This document shows, one piece after another, positions 25,799 to 35,289 of a stretch of 36,981 nt of DNA (the first letter of the stretch is position 1; the number at the start of each line of letters is the position of its first letter). The stretch covers positions 1 through 36,981 of the forward strand of contig DIQY01000139.1 of NCBI GenBank assembly GCA_002424295.1. Direction: 5' to 3'. Source of the DNA: Ruminococcaceae bacterium UBA5450 (lineage in GTDB: Bacteria > Bacillota > Clostridia > Oscillospirales > Acutalibacteraceae). A program made the translations under genes and the position numbers. The notes under the pieces were generated by a model, which saw only the letters and a program-made list of their open reading frames with translations, was not told the origin of the DNA and made no database searches.

Positions 25799-27157
25799 TT
25801 AATTTTTAAGGCTTTGCATAGGAGCAGGAATTCGACCGCCGCGTGCAATCAGTTTGGCAGGAGAATAGGAATTCAATTCCATCACAGGTCCGCTGCCTAA
25901 GAGACCGCCAAAGTTAAGTTCATCACCGACTTTTTTACCGATGGCGGGGATTAACCGAACAGCCGTTGTTTTTAGGTTGACCATGCCGATAGCGGCTTCG
26001 TCTGCAATGATAGCGGAAATCACTTCGGCGGGGGTATCACCGGGAATAGCAATCATATCAAGTCCTACGCTGCAAACAGCTGTCATTGCTTCCAATTTCG
26101 TAATCGAGAGCGCACCGCAGCGGGCGGCGTCGATCATTCCTGCATCTTCAGTGATCGGGATAAATGCACCGGAAAGGCCGCCTACATGAGAACTTGCCAT
26201 AATGCCGCCTTTTTTCACCGCATCATTTAAAAGTGCCAAACAAGCGGTTGTTCCATGGGCACCGCAGCGCTCCAGACCCATTTCTTCAAGAATGTGTGCA
26301 ACGCTGTCTCCGACGGCCGGTGTGGGGGCAAGAGACAAATCTACGATTCCAAAGGGAACACAAAGTCTGCGGCTGGCTTCCAGCGCAACCAACTGTCCCA
26401 TACGGGTAATTTTAAAGGCGGTTTTTTTGATAATATCCGCTACTTCGGTTAAATCACCATCTGGACATTTATGCAGAGCTGCGCGTACAACGCCTGGGCC
26501 GGAAACACCGACGTTGATGACGCAGTCCGGCTCGCCTACTCCGTGAAAAGCACCGGCCATAAAGGGGTTGTCCTCCGGAGCATTGCAGAAGACAACCAGC
26601 TTTGCGGCGCCAATGCATTCCCTGTCGGCAGTGCGCTCTGCAGTTTCACGGACTACTTTTCCCATCTTTGCAACTGCGTCCATGTTGATGCCGGCTTTCG
26701 TTGTGCCGATATTTACACTGGAGCAGACGAGTTCAGTTTCGGAGAGTGCTTCGGGAATACTTTCGATCAGTGCATAATCGCCGGGGCCGAATCCTTTGTG
26801 AACCAGCGCAGAGTAGCCGCCGATAAAGTTAACGCCGACTTCTTTTGCAGCCCGGTCGAGTGCTTTGGCATAGCGGACAGGGTTTACGCCGGGGCAGGCT
26901 CCCGCGACCATTGCAATTGGGGTAACAGAGATTCGTTTGTGAATAATCGGAATTCCATATTCCTTGCTGATATCTTCTCCGGTTTTTACGAGATTACTTG
27001 CGTACCGGCAAATTTTATCATAAATTTTGTCACACGCTTTGTCTGCATCACTGTCGATGCAGTCTAAAAGAGAAATTCCCATTGTGACCGTACGCACGTC
27101 CAGGTTTTCGTTATCGATCATATCAATGGTTTCCAAAATATCGTGGGTATTGAGCAT
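25799..27157 (-). CDS. UPF0210/DUF711 PFL-like family protein
   Basis: [70 protein letters not shown] motifs. 452 aa. Confidence 0.93.
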   Translation of the reverse strand: MLNTHDILETIDMIDNENLDVRTVTMGISLLDCIDSDADKACDKIYDKICRYASNLVKTGEDISKEYGIPIIHKRISVTPIAMVAGACPGVNPVRYAKALDRAAKEVGVNFIGGYSALVHKGFGPGDYALIESIPEALSETELVCSSVNIGTTKAGINMDAVAKMGKVVRETAERTADRECIGAAKLVVFCNAPEDNPFMAGAFHGVGEPDCVINVGVSGPGVVRAALHKCPDGDLTEVADIIKKTAFKITRMGQLVALEASRRLCVPFGIVDLSLAPTPAVGDSVAHILEEMGLERCGAHGTTACLALLNDAVKKGGIMASSHVGGLSGAFIPITEDAGMIDAARCGALSITKLEAMTAVCSVGLDMIAIPGDTPAEVISAIIADEAAIGMVNLKTTAVRLIPAIGKKVGDELNFGGLLGSGPVMELNSYSPAKLIARGGRIPAPMQSLKN

Positions 27158-27194
27158 GGATTTACTCCTTTGTTAGTTTTTAAGGCCGTATCAG

Positions 27195-27464
27195 TCAGAT
27201 GCGGTGCATAGAATTAAAAATATCTTCGTGCATGATGTGAATCGTGAGTCCTTCTTGCTTTGCGAGTGCTGTGAATTTGTCGGAAAGCTGATCAAACGGG
27301 ATTTTGGAATCCTTCAGATCAACCAACATAATCATTGCAAAGAGGTCTTGCATAATCGACTGCGAAACATCCGTTACATTTACGCCGTTTTCCGCACAAA
27401 TCGCGGTGACTTTTGCAAGAATTCCCACCATATCTTTGCCCAAAACTGTAATAACCGCGCGCAT
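27195..27464 (-). CDS. UPF0237 ACT-domain protein
   Basis: MRAVITVLGKD.VGI.A.V ... HEDIFNSMHRI. 89 aa from ATG at 27464 after GGAGGG. Canonical partner of UPF0210. Confidence 0.92.
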   Translation of the reverse strand: MRAVITVLGKDMVGILAKVTAICAENGVNVTDVSQSIMQDLFAMIMLVDLKDSKIPFDQLSDKFTALAKQEGLTIHIMHEDIFNSMHRI

Positions 27465-27512
27465 ATTTATTCCCTCCGATACATGATTCAAACTTTTTAA
27501 ATTTATAAATTT

Positions 27513-27541
27513 ATTATGAACGATAAAAGAGAGACTGTCAA
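27513..27541 (-). promoter_or_regulatory. Sigma-A promoter of the ACT-UPF0210 operon
   Basis: TTGACA (27541-27536), 17 nt, CATAAT (27518-27513). Confidence 0.7.
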
Positions 27542-27696
27542 TATTTTTTTCCTCCGGCAAACTGCTTAAAAATCAGGGATTTCGCCAAAGCAAAACAGTC
27601 ACACTGATGTCTAGGATTCCAAGATAAAACATGTTAAAATGAATTTGTCTCTTTTATTATTTAGAAAAACTGGAACCTTAGAAAGAAGGTCAAAAT

Positions 27697-28509
27697 ATGA
27701 AATATCCTTTTTTGTCTGACTGTCATACCCATTCTAAGTGCAGCGAAGACGGTGCCGATTCGGTCATGATGCTTTGTAAAAATGCACTTGATCAGGGCCT
27801 TTATGCGATTACCATTACCGATCATTGTGAATGTAATACTTATTGGGAACAGCATTTTCATGAATCAGTTTGCCAAAGCTGGGGTGAGACCCGGCGTGCT
27901 GCTGTTTCTTTTCAAAATAAAATTCATATTTTTACTGGGGTTGAATTGGGGCAACCGATGCAGAATAAAAGCGGCGCGGAGGATATTTTAAATGCCTGTT
28001 CCTTTGATTTTGTCCTCGGAAGTTTACATAATGCTAAAGGCGAACGTGATTTTTATGATTTCGATTATCAGCATCGGGATGTAAGGCCGGTGTTGACCCA
28101 ATATTTTGAAGAACTTTTAGAGATGATTCGTTGGGGAAAATTTGATTCTCTGGCGCATCTCACTTATCCGTGGAGGTATTTTAAAGAGTATGGGATTGAA
28201 ATTCCGATAGAAGACTACCAAAACCAGATTGACCATGTGTTAAAAGAATTGATTCGCCAGAAAAAGAGTTTGGAAGTCAATACCAGCGGTTTGCGGCAGA
28301 AAATAGGAACAACGATGCCGAATGAAAAAATTCTCAGAAGATATCAAAGTCTTGGAGGAAGCATGGTAACGGTGGGAAGCGACGCACATCGTTGGGCTGA
28401 TGTAGGCAGCGGAATCGAAGAGACTTTCAGCATGCTGCAGCGGATTGGTTTTTCATATTTTACGATTTATGAAAAACGAACGCCTGTGCAGATCCCAATT
28501 TCAGAGTAA
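27697..28509 (+). CDS. PHP-domain phosphatase, histidinol-phosphatase HisJ family
   Basis: DCHTHS, ITDH, GVELG, DFVLGSLH, LAHL, LEVNTSG, GSDAH motifs. Not located in a his operon, so the substrate is uncertain. Confidence 0.85.
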   Translation: MKYPFLSDCHTHSKCSEDGADSVMMLCKNALDQGLYAITITDHCECNTYWEQHFHESVCQSWGETRRAAVSFQNKIHIFTGVELGQPMQNKSGAEDILNACSFDFVLGSLHNAKGERDFYDFDYQHRDVRPVLTQYFEELLEMIRWGKFDSLAHLTYPWRYFKEYGIEIPIEDYQNQIDHVLKELIRQKKSLEVNTSGLRQKIGTTMPNEKILRRYQSLGGSMVTVGSDAHRWADVGSGIEETFSMLQRIGFSYFTIYEKRTPVQIPISE

Positions 28510-28517
28510 GCTTTTTG

Positions 28518-28563
28518 AAAGAGGAGAGTGTATTTTATGCACTTTCCTCTTTTGTTTCTTTTT
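28518..28563 (+). terminator. Intrinsic terminator after the PHP gene
   Basis: AAAGAGGAGAGTGTA / TGCACTTTCCTCTTT followed by a T-rich tail. Confidence 0.75.
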
Positions 28564-28629
28564 AAAATATGATATAATAAAAATTCAAAAATTTATAAAA
28601 AACAGTATTTCAAAAGGAGTGAAAGACCG

Positions 28630-29115
28630 ATGGATCGACTTTTAACTTTGCTGCATGAGAATGCCCGTTTAAGCAATAAACAGCTGGCAGCAATGCTGGA
28701 CGAGACGGAAGAAAATATCAGCACAGCGATTGCTGATTACGAAAAAAGAGGGGTTATCCGCGGCTATCAGGCCCTGATCAACTGGGAGCGTGTCGATACC
28801 AATAAGGCCATTGCCCTAATTGAGCTGCGTGTTTCTCCGAAGAAAAATCGTGGCTTCGATGAGATTGCAGGAAAAGTAATGAGCTTTCCCGAAGTGGACA
28901 GTGTCTATTTGATGTCGGGAGGCTACGATCTCGCAGTTACCGTTCACGGAAGGTCAATGCAGGATGTAGCAATGTTTGTCATGCGTCGCCTTTCTACCTT
29001 GGACAGTGTGCTTTCCACCGCAACGCATTTTATCTTGACTCGCTATAAAGAGAGCGGCGTCATTATGAATCAGGAGGAGGAAAAGGACGAGAGGAGAGAC
29101 GTATACTGTGATTGA
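28630..29115 (+). CDS. Lrp/AsnC family transcriptional regulator (YugG/AlaR-like)
   Basis: N-terminal HTH (LL.LL.ENAR.S..QLA) and RAM domain (PEV.SVYLMSGGYDL, STATHF.L..YK). Confidence 0.92.
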   Translation: MDRLLTLLHENARLSNKQLAAMLDETEENISTAIADYEKRGVIRGYQALINWERVDTNKAIALIELRVSPKKNRGFDEIAGKVMSFPEVDSVYLMSGGYDLAVTVHGRSMQDVAMFVMRRLSTLDSVLSTATHFILTRYKESGVIMNQEEEKDERRDVYCD

Positions 29116-30283
29116 TTACAGCAAACTGCTGACAAAACGGATTCAACAGGTTCGCCCCTCCGGCATCCGTAAATTTTTTGATATTGCCAACGAAATGGAT
29201 GACGTGATTTCTCTCTCCATTGGCGAACCGGATTTTTCCACCCCATGGCATGTGCGTCAGGAAGGAATCAAGTCTTTGGAGATGGGAAAAACATGGTATA
29301 GTCCGAACCGCGGTTTTGCAGAGTTAAGAGAGGAAATCTGCAAATTTTTTGATCGTCACTATCATGTTCAATATGACCCAAAAACGGAAGTGCTTGTTAC
29401 TGTCGGCGGCAGCGAGGCTTTGGATCTTGCAGTCCGCTGTTTAGTGGAGCCGGGAGAAGAAGTCTTGATTCCACAGCCCAGCTTTGTTTGTTATGAACCG
29501 ATGGCACAGATGGCAGGTGCTGTTCCAGTCATTATCGAAACAAAAGAAAAAGACGGGTTTCGCCTGACACCGGAAGAACTGCGCGCAGCGATCACGCCGA
29601 AGACAAAACTTCTTGTACTGCCGTTCCCAAATAATCCGACGGGAGCGGTTATGCGAAAAAAGGATCTGGAAGCGATTGCCGAAGTTGTTCGTGGAGCCAA
29701 TCTGATTGTCCTTTCTGATGAGATTTATAGTGAGCTGACTTACGGAGATCAGAAGCATATTACTTTTTCGTCCCTTCCGGACATGCGCGAGCGTACGATC
29801 GTTGTCAATGGCTTTTCAAAAGCATTCGCGATGACCGGCTGGCGTTTGGGATATGCCATGGGGCCAAAAGAACTGATTGCGCAGATGACAAAGCTTCATC
29901 AGTATGCAATTATGAGCGCCCCGACTACCAGCCAATATGCGGCGGTTGAAGCGATGCGGCACGGAGACGCTGATATTGTTTATATGCGCGAGCAGTATGA
30001 TATGCGCCGTCGGCTAATTGTTGACGGTTTTAACGAGATGAATTTGACTTGTTTTGAGCCGGAGGGCGCTTTTTATGTTTTTCCATGTATTAAGCGCACG
30101 GGACTTTCGAGTGATGAATTTTGTGAAAAATTGCTTTATGTGAAACATGTAGCAGTTGTTCCGGGCAGCGCTTTTGGGGATTGCGGAGAAGGGTACGTCC
30201 GTGTTTCTTATTCTTACAGTATCAATCATATTACGGAAGCGCTTTCCAGAATTCGTGATTTTTTAAAGCAGCTTGGGTGCTGA
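29108..30283 (+). CDS. Class I/II PLP aminotransferase (YugH/AlaT-like)
   Basis: PSGIRKFFD, L.IGEPDF, PNNPTG, SDEIY, GFSKAFAMTGWRLG, GAFY motifs. GTG start overlaps the Lrp gene by 8 nt. Confidence 0.93.
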   Translation: MIDYSKLLTKRIQQVRPSGIRKFFDIANEMDDVISLSIGEPDFSTPWHVRQEGIKSLEMGKTWYSPNRGFAELREEICKFFDRHYHVQYDPKTEVLVTVGGSEALDLAVRCLVEPGEEVLIPQPSFVCYEPMAQMAGAVPVIIETKEKDGFRLTPEELRAAITPKTKLLVLPFPNNPTGAVMRKKDLEAIAEVVRGANLIVLSDEIYSELTYGDQKHITFSSLPDMRERTIVVNGFSKAFAMTGWRLGYAMGPKELIAQMTKLHQYAIMSAPTTSQYAAVEAMRHGDADIVYMREQYDMRRRLIVDGFNEMNLTCFEPEGAFYVFPCIKRTGLSSDEFCEKLLYVKHVAVVPGSAFGDCGEGYVRVSYSYSINHITEALSRIRDFLKQLGC

Positions 30284-30286
30284 TTT

Positions 30287-31153
30287 ATGAAACCGTTTGT
30301 TGTAAAAGCTTATGCAAAGCTTAATCTTGCACTGGATCTGGTCGGGCGAAGAGAAGATGGCTATCATCTTCTGCGCATGGTGAATCAGAGTGTTAGCCTT
30401 GCCGACCGCCTGACAATCCTGCCAAGCGATATTCTGCTCGTAGGGTGCGATGATACGGATCTGCCGGATGGCCCCGAAAATATTGCCTATCGTGCGGCAA
30501 AACATTTTTACGAAATCGTTCCCGAAGCACCCAAAATTCAAATTCAAATTGAAAAACATATTCCGCATGAAGCGGGACTCGGCGGTGGCAGTACCGATGC
30601 CGCAGCCGTTCTGCAAATTTTAAATCAGATTTCCGGGAACCCGTTTTCAGAGAAAGCACTTCTTGCTCTCGGTGAAAAAATTGGAGCAGATGTGCCGTTT
30701 TGCATCAAAGGCGGCACGGCTTTAGTCGAGGGAATCGGAGAGCAGATTACTCCTTTAAATGGAATGCCTGCCTGCAAAATTGTTTTATGTAAACCTAAAA
30801 TTGGGGTAGAAACAAAGGCAGCTTTTGAGATGGCGGATCGGCTGCCTTCTTTAGAAGCATGCTACAGCGAAAATGTGAAGCAAGCAGTCAAAGAAGAAAA
30901 TCTTATAAAGCTTTCAGCTTCTCTTGGAAACTTCTTTGAAGATATTTTAAAGCTTCCGGAAATTTTGAAATTGAAGGCAGCTTTTTTGAAAATGGGAGCG
31001 CTTGGTGCCGCAATGACAGGCAGTGGATCTGCAGTATTTGGAATTTTTGATGATCCTATTTTGGCACAGAAATGCGTGGATTCCTTAAAAAAGCAATATG
31101 AGGAGACTTTTTTGTGTGAACCGGTCTCAGTTCCGATTCAAATTGAGCCATGA
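30287..31153 (+). CDS. ispE: 4-(cytidine 5'-diphospho)-2-C-methyl-D-erythritol kinase
   Basis: AYAKLNLAL, REDGYH, KHIP.EAGLGGGSTDAAA, GADVPF, MTGSGSAVFG motifs. Confidence 0.96.
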   Translation: MKPFVVKAYAKLNLALDLVGRREDGYHLLRMVNQSVSLADRLTILPSDILLVGCDDTDLPDGPENIAYRAAKHFYEIVPEAPKIQIQIEKHIPHEAGLGGGSTDAAAVLQILNQISGNPFSEKALLALGEKIGADVPFCIKGGTALVEGIGEQITPLNGMPACKIVLCKPKIGVETKAAFEMADRLPSLEACYSENVKQAVKEENLIKLSASLGNFFEDILKLPEILKLKAAFLKMGALGAAMTGSGSAVFGIFDDPILAQKCVDSLKKQYEETFLCEPVSVPIQIEP

Positions 31154-31167
31154 TTTTTAAACAAATT

Positions 31168-31196
31168 GTATAAATTTTCCAGTATGTCCCATACTT
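31168..31196 (+). promoter_or_regulatory. Forespore sigma-F/G-type promoter candidate for spoIIR
   Basis: GTATA (31168-31172), 17 nt, CATACTT (31190-31196). Confidence 0.55.
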
Positions 31197-31229
31197 CCTT
31201 TGAATTTTATTTTAGAGGAGGAATGGGGC

Positions 31230-31832
31230 ATGCGCCTTTTTACAAAAGCAGTTGCTGCAGCGTTAGTCCTTTGTCTGGCAATTTCCTGTACGGGAATCAC
31301 TGCTGCGGGAGAAGGAATTTCTGATCGGGTTTTGCGGCTGCACGTTCTTGCAAATTCAGATTCAGAAGAGGATCAAGCATTAAAACTAAAAGTACGGGAT
31401 CGGGTCCTTTTGGTTAGTGAACAATGGTTTAAAAATGTGGATAGCCGTGAAGAAGCACAAGAAGCTGCCGCGGCACATCTTGCAGAATTAAAGGAAGCCG
31501 GAGAAGAAGTCCTGAGAGAAAACGGAAGTGATGATCCGGTAGAGGTGAGGTTAGAAGACTGTTGGTTCCCCACCAGAACCTATGGAAATGTGACACTGCC
31601 TGCCGGCACTTATCGCGCGCTTCGCATTTTAATCGGCGAAGGAAAAGGGCATAATTGGTGGTGCGTGCTGTTTCCGGCGCTTTGTCTGCCGGGCGCAGAG
31701 CAGGATAGTAATACTCTTTCCGATGTGTTGACTCCGGCTCAGGAGGAGATGACACAACCAGGGTTTGCCGTCAAATTTAAAACGGTGGAACTCTATGAAG
31801 AAGTTCGTCAATGGCTTTCTCAAAATTCCTAG
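31230..31832 (+). CDS. spoIIR: Stage II sporulation protein R
   Basis: Signal peptide plus RLHVLANSDS..DQ.LKL.VRD, FPTRTYG...LPAG.Y.ALRI.IG.G.G.NWWCVLFP.LC motifs. ATG at 31230 follows GAGGAGG. Confidence 0.96.
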   Translation: MRLFTKAVAAALVLCLAISCTGITAAGEGISDRVLRLHVLANSDSEEDQALKLKVRDRVLLVSEQWFKNVDSREEAQEAAAAHLAELKEAGEEVLRENGSDDPVEVRLEDCWFPTRTYGNVTLPAGTYRALRILIGEGKGHNWWCVLFPALCLPGAEQDSNTLSDVLTPAQEEMTQPGFAVKFKTVELYEEVRQWLSQNS

Positions 31833-31842
31833 GATAGAATAT

Positions 31843-31878
31843 AAAAAGGCTCCTTCGGAAAACCGAAGGAGCCTTTTT
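31843..31878 (+). terminator. Intrinsic terminator after spoIIR
   Basis: Perfect 16-bp inverted repeat AAAAAGGCTCCTTCGG-AAAA-CCGAAGGAGCCTTTTT. Confidence 0.9.
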
Positions 31879-31941
31879 TAGCTTTTCCGCCCCAATTGTT
31901 TATGATATAATAAAAATAATTAAAAAGGAACGGGTGAGAAG

Positions 31942-34900
31942 ATGCTGCATTTATTGTTAGGGCGTTCTGGGAGCGGAAAGACGAGAACAGTACAGGAAGA
32001 ATTGCGGAAACATGCCGAAAGTGAAGAGGAAAAGCTGTTTTTGTTGGTTCCAGAGCAGGCTTCTTTTGAGAACGAAAGAACAATTCTGCATGCACTTGGG
32101 GCCAAAGACGCGCAGAAAATTTATGTGCTGAGTTTTTCCCGCCTTTGTGATTTACTCGGCCGTACCTATGGAGCGATGGCCGGGAAACGGCTTTCGGCCG
32201 GAGGCAGAATCATCCTGATGAATATGGCATTAGAGCAGGTTCGAGATCGTCTGCATTTTTACCGTAAAAATGCAAATGGGACGGAATTGATTTCGACTTT
32301 GCTGCAGGGGGAAAGCGAATTTAAGATGTGCCGTGTTTCGCCGGAAGATCTGCAGGAAGCTTCTCTGAGCGCCCAGACGCCAAATCTGAAACAAAAACTT
32401 TCAGAACTTTCTTTGATTTTGTCTTCTTATGAAGCGCTGGTGAGTCAGAGTTATCTTGATCCGCAGGACGATCTGACCCGCGCGGCAAATTTACTGGAAG
32501 CCCACCCCTTCTTCGAAAATGCAGTCGTTTATATTGATGGATTTCAAAGCTTTACAATGCAGGAATATGAAATTCTTAAATTTGTGATCCGCCAGAGCAA
32601 AGAGGTTACGGTTTCTCTTTGCGCAGATCAACTAGCGGACCCTGAACATGGCTTGGGACTTTTTTCATTTGTTCGGGAAACGGCACAAAAATTGATTCGG
32701 CTTGCAAGAGAAGGCAATGTGCCGGTAGCAGCGCCGGTCATTTTGCCAGAAGGCAAACGATTTCTTTCGAAAGATCTTGCTAAGCTGGAAGCAAATCTTT
32801 ATCGGGGCAAACGGGAAAAGGCAGATAAAAGTGCAGAACATATTCACCTTTATGCGGCTCAGAATTTTTATGATGAGGCTCAGTTTGCAGCAGCAAGCAT
32901 TCGAAGATTTCTGGTAAACGGCACCTATCGCTGCCGAGAGATTGCAGTGGCCGCCCGATCATTGGAACCTTACCGCGGAATTTTAAATGCCGCATTCGAG
33001 CGGTACGAGATTCCATTTTTCATGGACGAAGCACAGAATATTACAGCGCAGCCTTTAATGCGTCTTACACTGTCGGCTTTAAAAGCGGTTTCTTCCGGAT
33101 TCGAAACCGAGGAAATTCTCACGTGCATCAAGACGAATCTTCTCGGGATTGATGAAAATATGCAGTCACAGCTGGAAAATTATTGCTTTGTCTGGCAGCT
33201 GAATAAATCGGCATGGCAGACGCCATTTACGATGCACCCAGGCGGATTCGTTTCCAAATGGACAGAGAAAGATCAAAATCTTTTGACAGAGCTCAATGAA
33301 GTGCGGGAAAAAATCATTACGCCCATGGTGCATCTGAGAGAGAAAACCAAAGACACCGACGGAAAAGGAATGGCAAAAGCGGTCTATGATTATCTCACGG
33401 AAGCCGGAGTACAAGAGAATCTGCGAAATTTTGCGGATTCTCTCGAAAAAGGAGGAGTACCTGCGCTTGCAGATAATACGCTTCGTCTCTGGGATTTGCT
33501 GATGGAAATTCTGGATCAGTGTGCAATGACCATTTCGGAACGGCCGATCTCGCGAAATTCCTTTCAGGAACTTTTACGAATGGTGATTTCAGAAAGTGAA
33601 ATGGCAAGTATTCCGCAGGGATTGGATGAAGTGACGATAGGCGCCGCAAACCGTATCCGGATGGCAAAACCGAAAGTTGTCTTTTTGCTTGGCGTTTGTC
33701 AGGGGGAATTTCCACAGACTCCTTCCAGCGGAGGAATCCTAAGCTTCTCAGAGAGACTTTCTCTGATCGACCATGGACTGCCGCTCAGTGATCCGCTTTC
33801 AGGGGTCGCTGTGCAGGAACGATTTCTTGCCTATCAGATGGCTTCGGCTCCTAGTGAAAGGCTTTATGTTTCGTGGCCGATTAATTCCAGCGACGGAACC
33901 CAAAAGCAGCCTTCTTCTCTGGTTTCAGAAATTTCAGTATTGTTTCCACATTGCCCGGTTGAATCAGAAATGACCTTACCGGAGTCTTATTTTGCAGGAT
34001 CTAAAAAGGCAGCTTTTCAGCTGCTTGCGCGGCGGTGGAATCATAAGACGGCCGTAGAAGCTTCTCTGCGGGAATTGTTTTCCAAAACAGGAGAAGAAGT
34101 ACGCATGAATGCGCTGGAAAAGGCTTCAAAGAGGGAGGCTGCCGTCTTTAAAGGTCCTGAAAACGCCCGGAAGATTTTTCCTAAAAATATGCGTGTTTCC
34201 GCGACACAAATCGAAACGTATCATCAGTGCAGATTCCGCTATTTTTGCCGTTACGGAATGAAAATAGAGGAAAGACGAATGGCAAAATTGGATGCGCTGG
34301 AATATGGCAGCTTAATGCACTATCTTTTAGAGCATTTATTTTGCGAGATCGGTGCTGAAAAGATTTTAAAGATGGGACAAAAAGGGCTGAGGGAAAATGT
34401 GGATCAGCAGCTTTTATCTTATGCACAGGAAAAACTTGGCGGAACAGAGACTCAGACGGCACGCTTTTCATGGCTTTTGCAGCGTGTAGCGGAAGCAGCC
34501 TGCGTCGTAATATGGCATATTGCAGAAGAACTTTCTCAGAGCAGATTTTCACCGACTGATTTTGAGCTCCCGGTCGGACAAAATGAGATTCCCGGGTTGA
34601 AAATTTCACTTTCGGATGGTGGAAGCGTGGAAGTTGACGGAAAGATCGACCGCGTAGACGCAGACGAAATCGACGGGAATACTTATCTGCGGGTTGTTGA
34701 CTATAAGACCGGCAAAAAGATGTTTCGCCTTTCCGATGTTTTGGACGGAACAAACCTGCAAATGCTGATTTATCTTGCAGCGCTGTGCGAAAACGGCGGT
34801 TCACACTGGAAAAATCCGAAACCTGCGGGGATCCTTTATATGCCCGCGGATCGGCCGGCCTTTACTGCCAGTCGAAAGACGGATGACGAAACGATCCAAA

Positions 34901-35289
34901 AAGATCAGAATAAAAAGCTGCGAATGAATGGTCTCTTGCTGGACGACCCAGGAATCCTTTCCGATATGGAAGAGGATGGGAAAGGGACTTATATTCCTGC
35001 TACTCTAAAAAGCGGGGCATCAACAGCAAAAAGCAGTGTTGTAAGCAGCAAGGATTTTGAGCTGATTCTTCAAAGTATTCGGAAAATGGTCAAGGAGATG
35101 GCAGAAGAACTTCATCGGGGAAATGTGGAAGCGCAGCCTTTAAACGATCGGGATACCGCATGTAAGTGGTGTCCGTACGGGGCAGTTTGTATGACCGAGG
35201 AAGGAATGCCCGTTCGGGAAACAAAATCGAATGTATCTGTGACAGAGGCAGTTGAGATTCTGAGAAGGGGAGAGTCAGATGAAACGTGA
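31942..35289 (+). CDS. addB: ATP-dependent helicase/nuclease subunit B
   Basis: GRSGSGKT, VPEQ, IDGF..FT..E, nuclease motif GKIDRVD...VVDYKTG, Fe-S staple cysteines (YHQCRF and CKWCPYGAVC). Confidence 0.95.
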   Translation: MLHLLLGRSGSGKTRTVQEELRKHAESEEEKLFLLVPEQASFENERTILHALGAKDAQKIYVLSFSRLCDLLGRTYGAMAGKRLSAGGRIILMNMALEQVRDRLHFYRKNANGTELISTLLQGESEFKMCRVSPEDLQEASLSAQTPNLKQKLSELSLILSSYEALVSQSYLDPQDDLTRAANLLEAHPFFENAVVYIDGFQSFTMQEYEILKFVIRQSKEVTVSLCADQLADPEHGLGLFSFVRETAQKLIRLAREGNVPVAAPVILPEGKRFLSKDLAKLEANLYRGKREKADKSAEHIHLYAAQNFYDEAQFAAASIRRFLVNGTYRCREIAVAARSLEPYRGILNAAFERYEIPFFMDEAQNITAQPLMRLTLSALKAVSSGFETEEILTCIKTNLLGIDENMQSQLENYCFVWQLNKSAWQTPFTMHPGGFVSKWTEKDQNLLTELNEVREKIITPMVHLREKTKDTDGKGMAKAVYDYLTEAGVQENLRNFADSLEKGGVPALADNTLRLWDLLMEILDQCAMTISERPISRNSFQELLRMVISESEMASIPQGLDEVTIGAANRIRMAKPKVVFLLGVCQGEFPQTPSSGGILSFSERLSLIDHGLPLSDPLSGVAVQERFLAYQMASAPSERLYVSWPINSSDGTQKQPSSLVSEISVLFPHCPVESEMTLPESYFAGSKKAAFQLLARRWNHKTAVEASLRELFSKTGEEVRMNALEKASKREAAVFKGPENARKIFPKNMRVSATQIETYHQCRFRYFCRYGMKIEERRMAKLDALEYGSLMHYLLEHLFCEIGAEKILKMGQKGLRENVDQQLLSYAQEKLGGTETQTARFSWLLQRVAEAACVVIWHIAEELSQSRFSPTDFELPVGQNEIPGLKISLSDGGSVEVDGKIDRVDADEIDGNTYLRVVDYKTGKKMFRLSDVLDGTNLQMLIYLAALCENGGSHWKNPKPAGILYMPADRPAFTASRKTDDETIQKDQNKKLRMNGLLLDDPGILSDMEEDGKGTYIPATLKSGASTAKSSVVSSKDFELILQSIRKMVKEMAEELHRGNVEAQPLNDRDTACKWCPYGAVCMTEEGMPVRETKSNVSVTEAVEILRRGESDET

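Noticed and set aside
26471-27067. 198-aa plus-strand ORF opposite UPF0210
   Set aside because: Antisense shadow with no recognisable domain.
27542-27696. Possible ZTP (pfl) riboswitch upstream of the ACT/PFL-like genes
   Set aside because: No ZTP consensus elements are visible, and the predicted promoter leaves only about 40 nt of leader.
34181-34804. 207-aa Arg/Phe-rich antisense ORF inside addB
   Set aside because: Shadow ORF with composition unlike a real protein.
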